A DNA stretch of 64,000 nt. Origin: Halarcobacter sp. Lineage in GTDB: Bacteria; Campylobacterota; Campylobacteria; Campylobacterales; Arcobacteraceae. The notes beneath the pieces are model-generated. The model was given only the letters and a program-made list of their open reading frames with translations, made no database searches and was not told the DNA's origin. Shown here one piece after another: positions 1 to 9,403 of the stretch; within the stretch, counting starts at the first letter, position 1, and each line of letters begins with the position of its first letter. Both the position numbers and the translations under genes were made by a program. Where the stretch lies: positions 2,368,001 to 2,432,000 of the forward strand of contig OY781089.1 in assembly GCA_963676565.1 (NCBI GenBank), given 5' to 3'.

Positions 1-45
1 CACCTGGAAAATATCTTTGTATTCTAGTAATTGCAATAAATCCAA
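1..45 (-). CDS. 5' end of a CDS running off the window (MDLLQLLEYKDIFQV...), possibly MksE/JetB-like
   Basis: TTG at 45-43, 1 nt after the stop of the 392-aa ORF, preceded by AAGGGG; open to the window edge. Family call rests on 15 residues plus context. Confidence 0.4.
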   Translation of the reverse strand, partial: MDLLQLLEYKDIFQV

Positions 46-46
46 T

Positions 47-1225
47 TTATCCCCTTTTTATAATATGAGGTAATCTAATACCTTTATGCTCTACAATATC
101 GTCTTTAGATATTGATAAAAACTTGTTATACTGTAAAGTAAGCCTAATGAAAATTGATAAAAATTGCTTTTTATCTAAATCTTTCTGTTTCAAAAATGAT
201 GCTAAATCTAAATCCTGCTTAATAAAGCTTTTATAAACTTTTTTTGTACTTAATATAACTTTTGTTTTTGAAACTTTTTTATCATTAGACTTTATTGGAT
301 TAGGTCTTGCTTCATTCTTTTCATTTTTGTCTTCTTTGGATTTATATTGTTCTTTTGCAATACTCACTATTGATTCTATTAGTACTTCGTCATTCATATA
401 TTGTGGTCTTACTTTTATTGGATCAGCTATGTTTTCTAACCTTGTTACAACCGACTCAATATTGCTCTTTTCAAATAATTCTCCATTTACTTTCATCTTA
501 TACAAATGATTTAATTTTTCTATCTTTTTTGCTTCTTTTTCAATATGCATTAAATATTTTGATAATTCATTTAATGTTTTTCTAATATTCTCTCTTACAT
601 CATGTATATAGTGAGCTAATTGATTAGTATGAAAAGAAATTGATTCATTACCTAGCTCATCTACAAAATATGACTTATACTCTATTAGAAATTTATCAGT
701 ATTACTAACAGCTTCAGACAATGCTGTTAAATCAGCTTTACAATCATATAGATTAGCTTTTTTAACTTCAAAGTTTGTTTCTGCTTTAAACTTCATCTCT
801 TTTTCATTAAGTGATTCAATTACTCTATAAATTATCTTTTTAATACTTCTCAATGTAGAGTTTATTCTTTTTATTTCATTTGAATAAAACTGATTATCTT
901 TTCTTTTAATATTAATATCACGAATTAACTTCTTAATATTTTTTTGCTTTTCCTCAATATCTTTGATATTAACATCTGTATAAGTTTTTAAATGTGCGTT
1001 ATAATCATCACTAAGTAATAAAGAATAAGAATACTCATCATAGTCAAATACATTGAAATCAATAAGTTTTTCAATAACTAAAGATAAATCTTTATTTTTT
1101 TTAGCATCATAATACGGCATATTCTCGACATATTCAATGCTACCTTTAAAATGAGCATCAATAATTGCTTCTTTTGCTTCATTTTGTGCTTTAATAAATT
1201 CTTTAGGATTGATATTTGTTGTCAT
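47..1225 (-). CDS. Helical/coiled-coil protein, probable MksF/JetA-like kleisin
   Basis: 392 aa. N-terminus INPKEFIKA resembles Pseudomonas MksF-type IEPKRVLRA; winged-helix-like segment then long coiled coil; defence-island context. Confidence 0.5.
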   Translation of the reverse strand: MTTNINPKEFIKAQNEAKEAIIDAHFKGSIEYVENMPYYDAKKNKDLSLVIEKLIDFNVFDYDEYSYSLLLSDDYNAHLKTYTDVNIKDIEEKQKNIKKLIRDINIKRKDNQFYSNEIKRINSTLRSIKKIIYRVIESLNEKEMKFKAETNFEVKKANLYDCKADLTALSEAVSNTDKFLIEYKSYFVDELGNESISFHTNQLAHYIHDVRENIRKTLNELSKYLMHIEKEAKKIEKLNHLYKMKVNGELFEKSNIESVVTRLENIADPIKVRPQYMNDEVLIESIVSIAKEQYKSKEDKNEKNEARPNPIKSNDKKVSKTKVILSTKKVYKSFIKQDLDLASFLKQKDLDKKQFLSIFIRLTLQYNKFLSISKDDIVEHKGIRLPHIIKRG

Positions 1226-1307
1226 CTATACTCTTTATTCATATTTTGATAAAATCATATTACAAGTAAATAATAGATTTAGGTTACTCACTTTTTTTAT
1301 ATATTTT

Positions 1308-1412
1308 TCAATTCTCACTTTTTAATTCATCCAGTCTAATAACATAAAGCATATATCTTTGAATAGTAGGAATTAGTTCTAGCAAATTATCTTCATTTTT
1401 AATAATAATCTT
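1308..1412 (-). pseudogene. Possible remnant of a WYL-regulator C-terminus
   Basis: Frame without a convincing start reads KIIIKNEDNLLELIPTIQRYMLYVIRLDELKSEN*, resembling the C-terminal EIxxxIxxYxPYIKV motif of WYL/WCX proteins. Confidence 0.3.
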
Positions 1413-1627
1413 TAAACTAAGGAAATTTGATACATTGAAAATCTCTATTTAAATTATTCCTTATTAATATAATTATTTTATATTATTTTAACTTATATTT
1501 TAATAACTATATTATATATCCTAACTATTATTTATCTATAAGAATTGTTAAATTTCAATACTTCAATAATGTCTATATTCAGAATTAAGAAATTTATAAC
1601 AATTTATTATTTCTTTATTCCATTCAA

Positions 1628-2503
1628 TTAAACTAAATAATCTTTTAACACGTTATTTAGCTTATCTTTTAAATATAACGGCTCAACAATCTTAATATAA
1701 GGTATCCAATATTTAACTACTTTTAGTATTTCATCATCATAGGATACTTTTGTAGAAATAATTAGATAATCATCATTTTGCTCGAGTGTTTTTTGATTTG
1801 AAAATATCTTTCTTCTCTCAAAATACTCTTTAGCTTCATTGTCTATTTGTAGAATTACTTCTATTTTATCAGTAAACCAGTTACTTTTATTTTTTTCAAG
1901 TTCTTCTAAAAACTCTTTTTTAGGTTTAAAACTTTTATTTTCATCTTTCCAGTTAAAGTTTTTAATCTTTGAAAAAGTAAACGTTTTCAACTTTTCATCT
2001 TCTTCTGCCAATAGATACCAGATACCATTATTATTGATAAGTTTATATGGATTTACAACTCTAATTATTTTATTAAATTCAAAACTAATAGGACTGTTTT
2101 TTACAATAGCTGCACTTATTTTTTCAAATTCATTTTGTTTATAACTTATATCTTCAAAACTATGATTTTTAATAAGATATGCTTTATTTAATTTTTCATT
2201 TAAAATATCTGCAATAAATCCATCTGTTAACTCAGGATAAAGTGATTTAATACCACATAATGTTGCAAAACTTTTTATATCTCTAAAACTTAATTTTCCT
2301 AGAGCATAACTTGCTAAACTATAATCATCACCATTTTTTTCAATTGGAATATAAGAGAATCGTTCATTAATATCTCTTTGAATAGTTCTTATACTTACTC
2401 CAAATTCTTTAGATAAGCTTTTAGTATTAAGTTTTTCACCATTGTTTAATTTTGTAAGAATTAAAGATAGTCTAGTAGCTAATTTATCATGTTCTGTAAC
2501 CAT
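1628..2503 (-). CDS. WYL-domain transcriptional regulator (HTH-WYL-WCX)
   Basis: N-terminal HTH (LSKEFGVSIRTIQRDI), WYL motif (VNPYKLINNNGIWYLLAEE), C-terminal EILKVVKYWIPYIKIVEP. Confidence 0.93.
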   Translation of the reverse strand: MVTEHDKLATRLSLILTKLNNGEKLNTKSLSKEFGVSIRTIQRDINERFSYIPIEKNGDDYSLASYALGKLSFRDIKSFATLCGIKSLYPELTDGFIADILNEKLNKAYLIKNHSFEDISYKQNEFEKISAAIVKNSPISFEFNKIIRVVNPYKLINNNGIWYLLAEEDEKLKTFTFSKIKNFNWKDENKSFKPKKEFLEELEKNKSNWFTDKIEVILQIDNEAKEYFERRKIFSNQKTLEQNDDYLIISTKVSYDDEILKVVKYWIPYIKIVEPLYLKDKLNNVLKDYLV

Positions 2504-2523
2504 AAGTTAATACCAATTTTTGC

Positions 2524-2925
2524 TTATATTAATCCTTTAATTCTATCTATTAAAAAATTTTTGAATTTTTTTTCTAATTTGTTACATCGATTATAAGTAC
2601 ACTTATATACTTCGTCATCTTTATCTACACAGAAAAAAGATCCATCTCCAGACTCAAAAAAAACTATTAAATTATTTGGAAAATTTTCAATTATACTTCT
2701 ATGATATAATGTTGAATGTATAGCACTTGGTAAAACATTGTTATCTTTGAAAATTCCATAAAATTCTAAATATTCTACTTCTAATGTTCCAAATTCTAAA
2801 AGAAAACTTTTGTATTCATTTCCCAATTTAATATTTAATTTTCTTTCGAAATCATTAATATCTTTATCTATAACATGGTTAGTTAATTCAAAATCTAAAT
2901 TTAATTTTTTTATTTCACTATACAT
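2524..2925 (-). CDS. SMI1/KNR4 (SUKH) immunity protein
   Basis: DINDFERKLNIKLGNEYKSFLLEFG and ESGDGSFFCVD motifs; overlaps the stop of the upstream nuclease gene. Confidence 0.9.
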   Translation of the reverse strand: MYSEIKKLNLDFELTNHVIDKDINDFERKLNIKLGNEYKSFLLEFGTLEVEYLEFYGIFKDNNVLPSAIHSTLYHRSIIENFPNNLIVFFESGDGSFFCVDKDDEVYKCTYNRCNKLEKKFKNFLIDRIKGLI

Positions 2926-3523
2926 TTAAATCCCTTTCTTTTTTCATTTCTTCTGCCCTTGCTTTCCAGTGATCACTTCTTTCTTTATCCCAATTAACTT
3001 CACTATTCTCATTATGTACTTCTGTTTTTTGCGTCTTATCATGAAGAGCAGAATCATTTTTTTTATGAACATTATCTTTTAATTCAGCTAAAGGTGAATC
3101 ACTTTTTTGTCCAATATGATGCAAGTTATATGGCTTACCATCTTCATCTAATGGAGCTAGTCCTTTTTCCATTCTTTCAAGGTTTGTTCTTCCTTTACTA
3201 TCTACTAAATCAGGATCAATATTAGTATCTTTTAAAGTTATTCTGTCGTTAACTTTACCTTCTTCTAAGCCTTCATTTTGATAAACATCCAATTCTTCTT
3301 CTGTTATTATGTAATCATTTATATCATCTGAATAATTAGTTTTTTCTTTTACTTTTTCATCCTCAGTTTCCTTGTCAACTTCACTTCTAACAATACCATG
3401 TGTAACAGTTTTTAAAAAATCTGGGACATTAGTAGATTCTTTTTTCTCTTTACCAAACTCAGGGGTATTATCTGATATTTTTTTAACACTTTCTTTTGCA
3501 ACTTCAACTATTTTTTCAATCAT
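2918..3523 (-). CDS. HNH/EndoVII-fold LHH nuclease toxin
   Basis: GRTNLERMEKGLAPLD..GKPYNLHHIGQ..SPLAEL...H...LH...RSDHWKAR is the LHH family signature; acidic N-terminal extension, no signal peptide. Confidence 0.9.
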   Translation of the reverse strand: MIEKIVEVAKESVKKISDNTPEFGKEKKESTNVPDFLKTVTHGIVRSEVDKETEDEKVKEKTNYSDDINDYIITEEELDVYQNEGLEEGKVNDRITLKDTNIDPDLVDSKGRTNLERMEKGLAPLDEDGKPYNLHHIGQKSDSPLAELKDNVHKKNDSALHDKTQKTEVHNENSEVNWDKERSDHWKARAEEMKKERDLNV

Positions 3524-3535
3524 CTATTAAATCTC

Positions 3536-6500
3536 CTAAAAGTGATTTCTATGCCAATTACCATAATGTTGTTCAAAACCACTTGTATCGCAAGATTCAC
3601 AATACATAATCATATCTTTTAGATGTAATTCTAGATATAAGTTATCATCAATATTTACATTTTTTTTAATCAAATTAGAAAAATTCAAATCATACTCTTC
3701 CATACTTTTCGCATTTTTAATTCTTGATAATATTTTACTTCCATCTAAAAGTTCATTTATAATCTTTGCTTTAGTTTTTTTATCAATACTTTTAGATGTT
3801 TTTTCATTATTAGTAATTTCAAGCAATTCATCTTTTATATTAGTTGAAATATTCATGGTATTAATATATTCTGTTAAATCTTTTAACTTTATATTATCAA
3901 CTCCTAATTCTAGTTTTTCATTAAGCTCTTCAAAAAGAAGTATTTTTAATAAACTACTCATTAAGTTGTTATGTGTATTTATAACATCTTTAAAAGAATA
4001 ATTAAGTGCTTTAAACTCTTTTTTATCAAAGACATCTATTTTACATAATACAGCTTCTAACCAGTTATTTTGATATACAATAGCTGTTCCTGTACTAAGT
4101 TTTGGAATTTCATTTATTTGCTCATCGTTTAAAGCAGCAGACCTACCAATATCATTTCTATCTGTATATTCAGGTAATCTCATTATTATTTTTGTTCCTG
4201 TATTCCTAATCGCTGAGATATCAAGCATATTTGGAGATTGGTCAACAATAATAAATCCTTCTCCATAAGTTCTCATTTCTGCTATTGCATTAGAAATCAT
4301 TTCAACTGATTTTCCTTGAAGGTTATTTCCTTCAGATGATTGTTCTGTTGATGTTCTTTTTAAAATATTATGTGCTTCTTCTAGTACAGTAACATGTTTG
4401 AGACTTGAGTCTAATGTTTCTTTGTTAGAATATCTGTATTCAATTAATCTTAATACAATCATTCCCATAAGAAGTGATTTTGTTTCCATAGAACCAACTC
4501 TACTTAAATCAACAATTACATTTGTATCAAATAGTTTATCATCACTAATAGGATCAATATTATTTAAAACTTGTCCTATTAGACCATTATTTAAAGATTT
4601 TACCCTAGTTAATAATGCACCTTTATAATTTGACTTCATCTCTTCTGAATAACTAGAGTCATCAATTATTTTTTCTAAAGTATTAAGTAGTATTTTAAAA
4701 GTAGGATATCTTTTTGTCTCATATATTGAATAAGATAAATCTGTATCCCATCCTACCTCTTCATAAGATTTGATAATTGCATCTTTTAACACTTCAGGCA
4801 TAGCTGCATACATAGGCCAACAAGCATTAAATATTTCTACAAGCCTATCAATATGCTCTAAAACATGAATTTCATCATGAAAACTAAAAGGGTTAAGTTT
4901 TAATACTTCTGAGTATTTTGAATTTGTTCCCAAAACTGTTACATCTTCTCTTCCCCCAAATACCTCTTTATATTCACCTTTAGCTGGTTCAACTACAAGA
5001 AATTTTACATTATTTTTATCTAATTGATTCAAAATACTATAAAGAGTATTCGATTTGCCTGCACCTGTTGATCCTGTAACTAAAGTGTGCATACTTAAAC
5101 TGTCAATGTCAAGTTTTATAGGAGTATTATGTTCTAAAGTTCCAAGATGTGTTAGTTTTCCAAGATTGATAGTCCTTTTTGAAGATGAGTTGTCTAAAAG
5201 ATGTAAACTTCTTCCAAACTCTACACTCTCTTCAACAGCTAAACCTTTTACAGATTTTCGTGGAAAACTCATTGCTAAAGAGAGTTCTTTACTACTAATT
5301 AAACTTGTTGGTTTAATTTCCATATCTATATTATTAAGACTAATTTTTGGATGCTCAAAATTTTTTAAATAAGGTATTAATTTAATAGATTCGCTTATAT
5401 TCCAACTGACAACAGACGATTTTTCTAAGGAAGACACTTCTCCTCTAGTAATAGACTTATATGTACTTGCTGCAATTTTTGCATCTTCATGACTGTCTGA
5501 AATAAAATATGCTGCAAAATCAAACATTCCATAATTTTCAGATTCAATAATTCTTTCAATCTGTTTATCTATTTTTTCTAAAATATTCTTTGCTGTTTTA
5601 TTTTCATAATTTATTTGATAAGTCTCTGATTGACCTGTCGTATTTGACTCTGAACTATTTGTACCTTTCATTGTACTTTCAGAAGTTCCTTTATTTAAAC
5701 TTTCACTATTGCTTTCAGATTTATTTTTAGAATAACTTGCAGAAGCTATTAAAACACTAAGGTTTCCAGATATACTTTCACCTTCTGAGATACTTGTTGT
5801 TTTACTAAGTGATTCAGTTACTGTATTTGTAAAGGATGAACTCATACCATCTGTTATAGTCATACTTTCATTCTTACCAAAACTTATTTGTTGTGAGCTA
5901 AAAGGAAGAAGAGATGAGTATATTTTTTCATATGCAGACCTTCTTTGTGTAATGGCAGAATCAGATACACTATCAGCTATAAATAAAGCTGTATATTTTT
6001 TACCATTCATTGCTTCAATAAATTTTTCTATACCTTGGGAAAATGATTCTTTATCATTACTTTTTAAAGAAGGAACTCCATTTGCCAAACTTACTGCTAT
6101 ATTATTTGAATTAAAAATTTTTTTGTTTACTAGCTCTTCAATTTCTGAGTTTAAAAACTTCTCTTCTATTTTACATCCTGGAAAATTTCCAGATAATGAA
6201 CCAAAATATCCATTTTCAAGTAACTTTAAATCCTTATTTTCTGACTTTTTTGTTCCTAGATAAATTTCTATTTCATTGCCATTAGAATAAATAATCATAA
6301 TAGCAGAACCACCCAGTGAATTTATTGTAGTATAAACACTTGTAAGCTTATCTTGAATATCTTCATTTTTATCAAAAACTATTTTTCTTACTTTTTTTAA
6401 TCTAACATTTTTTGCTGGCTGAATTTCTTTTATAGATGTTAAAATAGGATAATCTGATATGTTTTCAAGATATCTCTTTTCTATTACCTCTTCTACACTT

Positions 6501-6550
6501 TGAAAAGATTTTTTTAAATCGTCAACTTTTAATACTTCATTTCTTTCCAT
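3536..6550 (-). CDS. HerA/FtsK-superfamily (DUF87-like) ATPase with Ser/Thr-rich N-terminal region
   Basis: HTLVTGSTGAGKS (Walker A), TVLEEAHN (Walker B), AEMRTYGEG and IVDQSP motifs; 1004 aa. Confidence 0.88.
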   Translation of the reverse strand: MERNEVLKVDDLKKSFQSVEEVIEKRYLENISDYPILTSIKEIQPAKNVRLKKVRKIVFDKNEDIQDKLTSVYTTINSLGGSAIMIIYSNGNEIEIYLGTKKSENKDLKLLENGYFGSLSGNFPGCKIEEKFLNSEIEELVNKKIFNSNNIAVSLANGVPSLKSNDKESFSQGIEKFIEAMNGKKYTALFIADSVSDSAITQRRSAYEKIYSSLLPFSSQQISFGKNESMTITDGMSSSFTNTVTESLSKTTSISEGESISGNLSVLIASASYSKNKSESNSESLNKGTSESTMKGTNSSESNTTGQSETYQINYENKTAKNILEKIDKQIERIIESENYGMFDFAAYFISDSHEDAKIAASTYKSITRGEVSSLEKSSVVSWNISESIKLIPYLKNFEHPKISLNNIDMEIKPTSLISSKELSLAMSFPRKSVKGLAVEESVEFGRSLHLLDNSSSKRTINLGKLTHLGTLEHNTPIKLDIDSLSMHTLVTGSTGAGKSNTLYSILNQLDKNNVKFLVVEPAKGEYKEVFGGREDVTVLGTNSKYSEVLKLNPFSFHDEIHVLEHIDRLVEIFNACWPMYAAMPEVLKDAIIKSYEEVGWDTDLSYSIYETKRYPTFKILLNTLEKIIDDSSYSEEMKSNYKGALLTRVKSLNNGLIGQVLNNIDPISDDKLFDTNVIVDLSRVGSMETKSLLMGMIVLRLIEYRYSNKETLDSSLKHVTVLEEAHNILKRTSTEQSSEGNNLQGKSVEMISNAIAEMRTYGEGFIIVDQSPNMLDISAIRNTGTKIIMRLPEYTDRNDIGRSAALNDEQINEIPKLSTGTAIVYQNNWLEAVLCKIDVFDKKEFKALNYSFKDVINTHNNLMSSLLKILLFEELNEKLELGVDNIKLKDLTEYINTMNISTNIKDELLEITNNEKTSKSIDKKTKAKIINELLDGSKILSRIKNAKSMEEYDLNFSNLIKKNVNIDDNLYLELHLKDMIMYCESCDTSGFEQHYGNWHRNHF

Positions 6551-6608
6551 TAATTTTCCTTGGTAATTTGACTTAACTCATTCATCTTTTGTATGGTATT
6601 ATTAATAT

Positions 6609-7064
6609 CTATTTTAGTAAAACTATTGCTGCTACTACTCCTACAGCTAGTATTCCTATTATTGCAAGAGTGTTGTTCTTTGAGCTTTTTTTTTGTGAAA
6701 TCTCAATTCTCTCTTCTTTTTTTGTTTCATTAGTTTTAATTTCTACAGGAAATATAAACTTTCCAAGTTCCCTTACATGGTCAAGTCTTTCTTTTGAAAA
6801 GTTTCTTTGTAGTTTTACTTTTTGTTTATTAAAATAATCTTCATCCCATTGCTCTTTAGGAAGAATAGGACATAAGTTATTATCATGCTTTTCATATAGT
6901 TCATCATCTGAAATTTTATTTCTTAATAAACTTAATCTTTCTTCAACTTCTCTTCGTTCTCCATTTGGATCTAAAGCATTTGAACTTTCAATTGATATCC
7001 TAATATCTTCAATATTTTTCTCTTTTATATAGTTTTCAAATTCAATTTTACTTTCTTCTATCAT
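6609..7064 (-). CDS. Hypothetical protein with C-terminal membrane anchor
   Basis: 151 aa; ends in LAIIGILAVGVVAAIVLLK after a basic patch; 10 nt from the dynamin stop. Confidence 0.8.
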   Translation of the reverse strand: MIEESKIEFENYIKEKNIEDIRISIESSNALDPNGERREVEERLSLLRNKISDDELYEKHDNNLCPILPKEQWDEDYFNKQKVKLQRNFSKERLDHVRELGKFIFPVEIKTNETKKEERIEISQKKSSKNNTLAIIGILAVGVVAAIVLLK

Positions 7065-7074
7065 TTTGAGCCTT

Positions 7075-9315
7075 TTAATTAATTAAGTTTTCTTTCTCTA
7101 AATTATATTTATCTATCCAATTTATGATTTTTTCATGATTTTTAATCTCTATTTCAAGATGTTCTTTATTATTTATTAAGTTACTCATTTTTTGTATTTC
7201 CGTAGTTATAATTTGTCTAACTATATCAATCTCTTTAGTTGCAACTATCTTAATATTTGCTAACTCGTTTTCTGCTTCTTTTATTTCATTATTCATTTTT
7301 TTTAAAAAAGACTGTCTTAACTTTAAAAACTCTCTCTCTAATTTTTTTGAATCACTTTTTGTTTTTATATTTGGTATCCACTCTTTACCTGTTTCCCAAA
7401 ATTTAATACCCCAAAAAGAAACTGCATATTTGGTCTCATACTTACCTTCATCTATTTCTTTCGAGGAACCTTGTAAAATCTTTTCCTTACTTGGAAGCAT
7501 TGACTCAGAAAAAACTTTTACACTATATGACATTTCTCCTAATTCAATGTCATAAAAAGTTTTTGATATCTCTTCTTTAAACTCATTCACAATTTCTTCA
7601 GTTTTAACTTTTATATCTGAATGAACTTGTTGTTCAAGAGTTGTTTTAATTGATGTTTCTAAATCTGAAATTGTCTTAAATATACTATCTAGTTCTCTTT
7701 TTGCTTTACTTACCTCTATATCACGATTAAAAATACTCTTTTTAAGTATTTCATTAAATTTTCTTTCTAATTTTTCTTTTTCTATATCAATTGGTTCATG
7801 GGATATACTAATTGATTCAATTTTTTTTTTAAAGTTATCAACACTTTCTTTACTAGTTATTTTTATCGAAACTTCTTGTAACTTTTCTTTTAAATCGTTA
7901 TTTTCATCTTTTCTCTTTTGTAGTAAATTCAGTAAGTCATCTCTCTTAACTTCTGTGTTTACGGCTTTTTCTATTTCTGTAAAAGCATCATGTATTTTCA
8001 TAGGTATTGCATATTTATTTACATAATCATCTATCGCCATTTCTAAAGATGGTATTCCTGAATGGATTTCAGCTTGAGTAACCCAATCATTTTCCTCTTT
8101 AGCTTTTTTTAATTTATCTTCGATGATAGATTTTTGTTGATTTGTAATTGGAGCATATTTCTCAAAATAATGATATTCTCTTTCTTTCTTTACAACTTTT
8201 TCACATATATCTAATGCATCACCTTCATCATCATCTAATTCAAAACCTTTTAAATTCTTTCTACAACATAAGGCTCTATATGATGAGATAGGAAATATTT
8301 TTGTATCTTTAATATTAAGACCTTCTAAAAACTCTTTTGCATTATTAATCATTTTATCAACTTGTGTTTTATTAATATCATCAGCTTTATTAAGTACAAA
8401 AATAAATCTCTCATGATCTTGAGAAGTATTTTTCTTATTTATACTCTCTGCTATTTCCTCTAGTAAATCATTTGTACCGTCGTCTGTTAAACTATTAGCA
8501 TTTAGTACATAGATGATTAAAGGATTTTTTTCTTCATCTTTAATTAATGTATAAGTAACCTTTTTATGTTCTTGGTTCTGTGCATTATTAGGTCCAGGGG
8601 TATCAAGTAGTACTAGATTAGCTACACTTGACGAAATGTTTGGTATGTCTCCATTTAATCTAATTTCATGAACATTTTCTTGTTTATTCGCATTTTCAAG
8701 TTGTTCTTCTAGAGATTCGCCAAAAACTTCTAATGATTCGCCATTTGAATTTAATAAATTTACAGAAAAATTTTCGGCATAGTCATCATCGCGTATTGAA
8801 AATATTTTTGCAGTAGTTGGTTCATTTCTTGCAGGAAGAATAGATTGTCCTATCATAGAGTTGATAAGAGTCGATTTTCCAGAACTCATAGTTGCTACTA
8901 TTGCTACTTCAAATTCTGTATTAAGTTTATTTAAAAATCTATTTATAAGTTCTTCATTTTGACTAATACCTTCAATCGGTGAACTTCTAAGTATTGATTC
9001 AAATTTTTTTATCTTTGTAATATCTATATTATCATATTTTGATTCATGAATAATAGTTAAATTTATTCCATTATTACTATTATAACTTTTGCAAGAATGT
9101 AATAAATCTTCATATTCAAAACTTCTTCCTATAAATATAAGATTTATATTCTTTTCATTACATTCGTTAAAGAACTCTTCTGGTATGTCATCTATAACAT
9201 CTATTAATCTTTTATTCTTTAATTTACTAAATTTTTCATCATTAGTTAATTCATCTTCAATCCAAATTTTAGTTTCATTGAAAAATGGATTATGTTCAAT
9301 TGTAAAGTTTGACAC
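7075..9315 (-). CDS. Bacterial dynamin-like GTPase
   Basis: G1 ATMSSGKST, G2 PTT, G3 DTPG, G4 NKAD; long C-terminal coiled coil with a hydrophobic tip (YAVSFWGIKFW); GTG start. Confidence 0.88.
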   Translation of the reverse strand: MSNFTIEHNPFFNETKIWIEDELTNDEKFSKLKNKRLIDVIDDIPEEFFNECNEKNINLIFIGRSFEYEDLLHSCKSYNSNNGINLTIIHESKYDNIDITKIKKFESILRSSPIEGISQNEELINRFLNKLNTEFEVAIVATMSSGKSTLINSMIGQSILPARNEPTTAKIFSIRDDDYAENFSVNLLNSNGESLEVFGESLEEQLENANKQENVHEIRLNGDIPNISSSVANLVLLDTPGPNNAQNQEHKKVTYTLIKDEEKNPLIIYVLNANSLTDDGTNDLLEEIAESINKKNTSQDHERFIFVLNKADDINKTQVDKMINNAKEFLEGLNIKDTKIFPISSYRALCCRKNLKGFELDDDEGDALDICEKVVKKEREYHYFEKYAPITNQQKSIIEDKLKKAKEENDWVTQAEIHSGIPSLEMAIDDYVNKYAIPMKIHDAFTEIEKAVNTEVKRDDLLNLLQKRKDENNDLKEKLQEVSIKITSKESVDNFKKKIESISISHEPIDIEKEKLERKFNEILKKSIFNRDIEVSKAKRELDSIFKTISDLETSIKTTLEQQVHSDIKVKTEEIVNEFKEEISKTFYDIELGEMSYSVKVFSESMLPSKEKILQGSSKEIDEGKYETKYAVSFWGIKFWETGKEWIPNIKTKSDSKKLEREFLKLRQSFLKKMNNEIKEAENELANIKIVATKEIDIVRQIITTEIQKMSNLINNKEHLEIEIKNHEKIINWIDKYNLEKENLIN

Positions 9316-9390
9316 TAAAATACCTTTTTTTAAAATAACAAATATTATATATAATTATTTCTTAATATCTTTATTATTACATTACCTTTG

Positions 9391-9403
9391 GACAGGGTAT
9401 GTC
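9391..9403. promoter_or_regulatory. GACA-N5-TGTC inverted repeat in the divergent promoter region; candidate WYL-regulator operator
   Basis: gacagggtatgtc, a GC-rich patch in an AT-rich spacer. Function inferred. Confidence 0.35.

Noticed and set aside
7821..7830. T10 homopolymer in the dynamin gene as a phase-variation tract
   Set aside because: The frame is intact and A/T runs are common at this base composition; Campylobacterota contingency tracts are usually poly-G/C.
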